The notes under the pieces were generated by a model that did not search any database, had not been told where the DNA came from, and saw only the letters and a list, made by a program, of their open reading frames with translations. From Octopus sinensis (Eukaryota), in contig NC_042998.1 of NCBI RefSeq assembly GCF_006345805.1, positions 71,672,001-71,736,000 on the forward strand: DNA of 64,000 bases, given 5' to 3'. Below, one piece after another: positions 61,801 through 64,000 of the stretch (position 1 is its first letter; every line of letters starts with the position of its first letter). The position numbers and the translations under genes were made by a program.

Positions 61801-64000
61801 CTATAATGTTTTCGCGGGATTCATTCTAAATTTACTTCTTTTTATTGATTTCTATCTTCTCCGCCCTGTTAGTTACATTAACCTGAATTGCTATTTGAAA
61901 GGATATTTTGTAATTCACTTATTTTAATTTGTGCATCTTATTGAATTTCTCTTTCGTTAATTACTTTACATCTATATAAAATGATTTGGCATATTTTCCT
62001 GACATTGTGCTCATTTTGATGGCCGATTCAAACTCCTGAACGACATTTATTAGTTACTTCGAGTGGCTGATGACCTTTGTAAATAATATTAAGACATTCA
62101 TACTAATTTTTCCAATTTTTATAATCAACGTAACGTCTTATTTTCGTACCGTACGTTTGGTAGTAATCTAGATACTAGTTACAGTGATAATGCTGCACAT
62201 AATTATAGACAGATTTATGGAGTTAGATGTACGCTTAATCTCTTTCTGCCACGCAACGATATCAAATACGACACAATCATGCCATTATTAACATTATTTT
62301 AGAACATAGTGCAATGCCCGTTATCAATCAAACATGAATAAAATAATTATCTGTCTGGATAGGTTTTTATATAAATACAGCAGTTGAGTTTTAACCCTAT
62401 AATGCGACGCAGCCAATGCCATATTTGCGTTCGAAATGCCCAATGAAATGAAAAGTAATCACTCAAATGACCACTTCATACTAATTGCCGTCCAAAGAAG
62501 TTTAGCTAAAACTACAAATAAAGGCTGGATAGAAAGAATAAAAAGCAAAGGTATTGGAAGCGTGAACGAATATCAAATATCCACTGGCCATGGACATAGC
62601 GCTTTCAATTAGATCAACACCTTACTCCTATGAATCACTCTAAAAAATATATCCATAATGTATCAGTGAATATAAGAATATCAATGAATATAAGAATATA
62701 AATGAGAAGGGGAAATTAAGTGGGAGAATACACTAATAAGTAATGTAAGAAAGCAGAATAAACTTGGGATATACAAAGTTAAAAATGCAAGCGATAACGA
62801 TACGGGATGCAAATGGGAATTAAAGAAACTTTCGAAAAAACGTGAAAATTTATAATACAGTTCCGTATTTAAGGGATGAGGAATTATGCACATTATTTAC
62901 ATTATTTACATTTGACGGATATTTGTCCACATCTTGTGTGTTGTTAAAACTTAATAATCTAATATATATTGTTTAGTGGATCAAAACACACCTTACTAAT
63001 CTGTCTAGTTTGTATACATTCCTTTTCTTCCCTTGAATTGTGAAGTCATGTCTCTTATTTTTTTCATAAATTTTCCTTCTGTTTTCAAATTCTCACTGAA
63101 ACTATCAATATTATCGTAAAAACTTGAGGCTGAGATACTCGAAAATCAATCGTTCTTTTGAGCCAGCATTTAGATTAGACAATATTAAAAATAATTCATA
63201 ATCTTTGTGCCAGCTTAGATAATTATATACATTTATATACACATATTATTATTGTTTGTTGTGATGACAAGAGGGAACCCTTTAATATTTGCACGAGGAG
63301 AACATCGCTCCCTTCTCTAGCTTTACATGTTACACACTGACTAGAGTTTCTGTCCTCGTCTTTTGCTTTCCTGTATGTATGTATATGTATGTGTGTGCGT
63401 ATACCATTAATAATGATAAGTAAAATGGAGATTTCTTACATTTATGTACGTATATATGTTTGCGGGTGTGTACATGCATGTGTGTGTACGTATCTACGTA
63501 CATATACACATTCTTATAGGTTTGTGTATTACTACTTTTAGAACACAATTATCAATGATCCAGTGGTACCCTACTAGTGCTGATATTTACCTTGGCAGAA
63601 ATATAATTTGATATAGACATTCCTAAAACTAACTCTATATTAAATTTATCTGCAAATTTACAACTTGTGTCACTTCAGGGAACTGGTATAAAGCTAACAA
63701 AGATATCTGAAAAGGTTTAAGCTTGATGCAAAACGCATATTTCCATCTAGATAATATATTTAAGTTTGCCTCTGAGCTGTATTATATTTCGTTTAATGAT
63801 GTATATAAATGGTCTTCATGCATATTTTCTCCTATAATATAATTATTTTTGTGATTTTATTTAATATGTAGTGTAAAATACAATAATAACATACTAGCGT
63901 ATAGGAACTAGTATCCAAGGCGTTATAATATAGAAATTACTGATGAATAAAATGCCTACAATAGCAATTCCAAACGCCAGAATAACATAAAGCCGCCATT

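Noticed and set aside
63936-63985. Hammerhead-like CTGATGA...ATTC-CAAA-CGCCAG near the window end; similar weak hits near 4050-4078, 39924, 40030-40130, 47000 and 58880-58930
   Set aside because: Each lacks at least two required elements (GAAA, stem II, NUH or stem I), so they cannot be told apart from chance or extreme decay.
63991-64000. YY1-like GCCGCCATT as a promoter sign
   Set aside because: A single short motif cut by the window edge, with no supporting CpG-rich context.

Overview
AT-rich eukaryotic DNA, apparently intergenic or intronic, dense in (TA)n/(CA)n microsatellites. The SINE and LINE families look like those of octopus (cephalopod mollusc); this assignment is from recall of the repeat families, not a database search. 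I found no host protein-coding exon that I can support. The window holds a 5'-truncated R4/Dong LINE (RT plus restriction-like endonuclease), a near full-length CR1-clade LINE whose ORF1 carries a Myb/SANT-like N-terminus, polyQ and two CCCH-like fingers, a second decayed CR1, RTE fragments, a dead mariner, decayed Penelope-like (PLE) GIY-YIG fragments and many tRNA-derived SINEs. The most striking feature is a non-coding array at about 37460-39756: one inverted copy followed by head-to-tail ~490-bp units, bounded by (TA)n. Each unit carries a type I hammerhead ribozyme motif (8-bp stem I, CUGAUGA, a 68-nt stem II domain, GAAA, a short near-palindromic stem III, GUA cleavage triplet). This fits a retrozyme or PLE pseudo-LTR array that could yield ~490-nt self-cleaved, possibly circular, RNAs. 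Several degenerate hammerhead-like motifs and fold-back palindromes next to (TA)n tracts are scattered elsewhere. Ribozyme activity, expression and novelty are untested.
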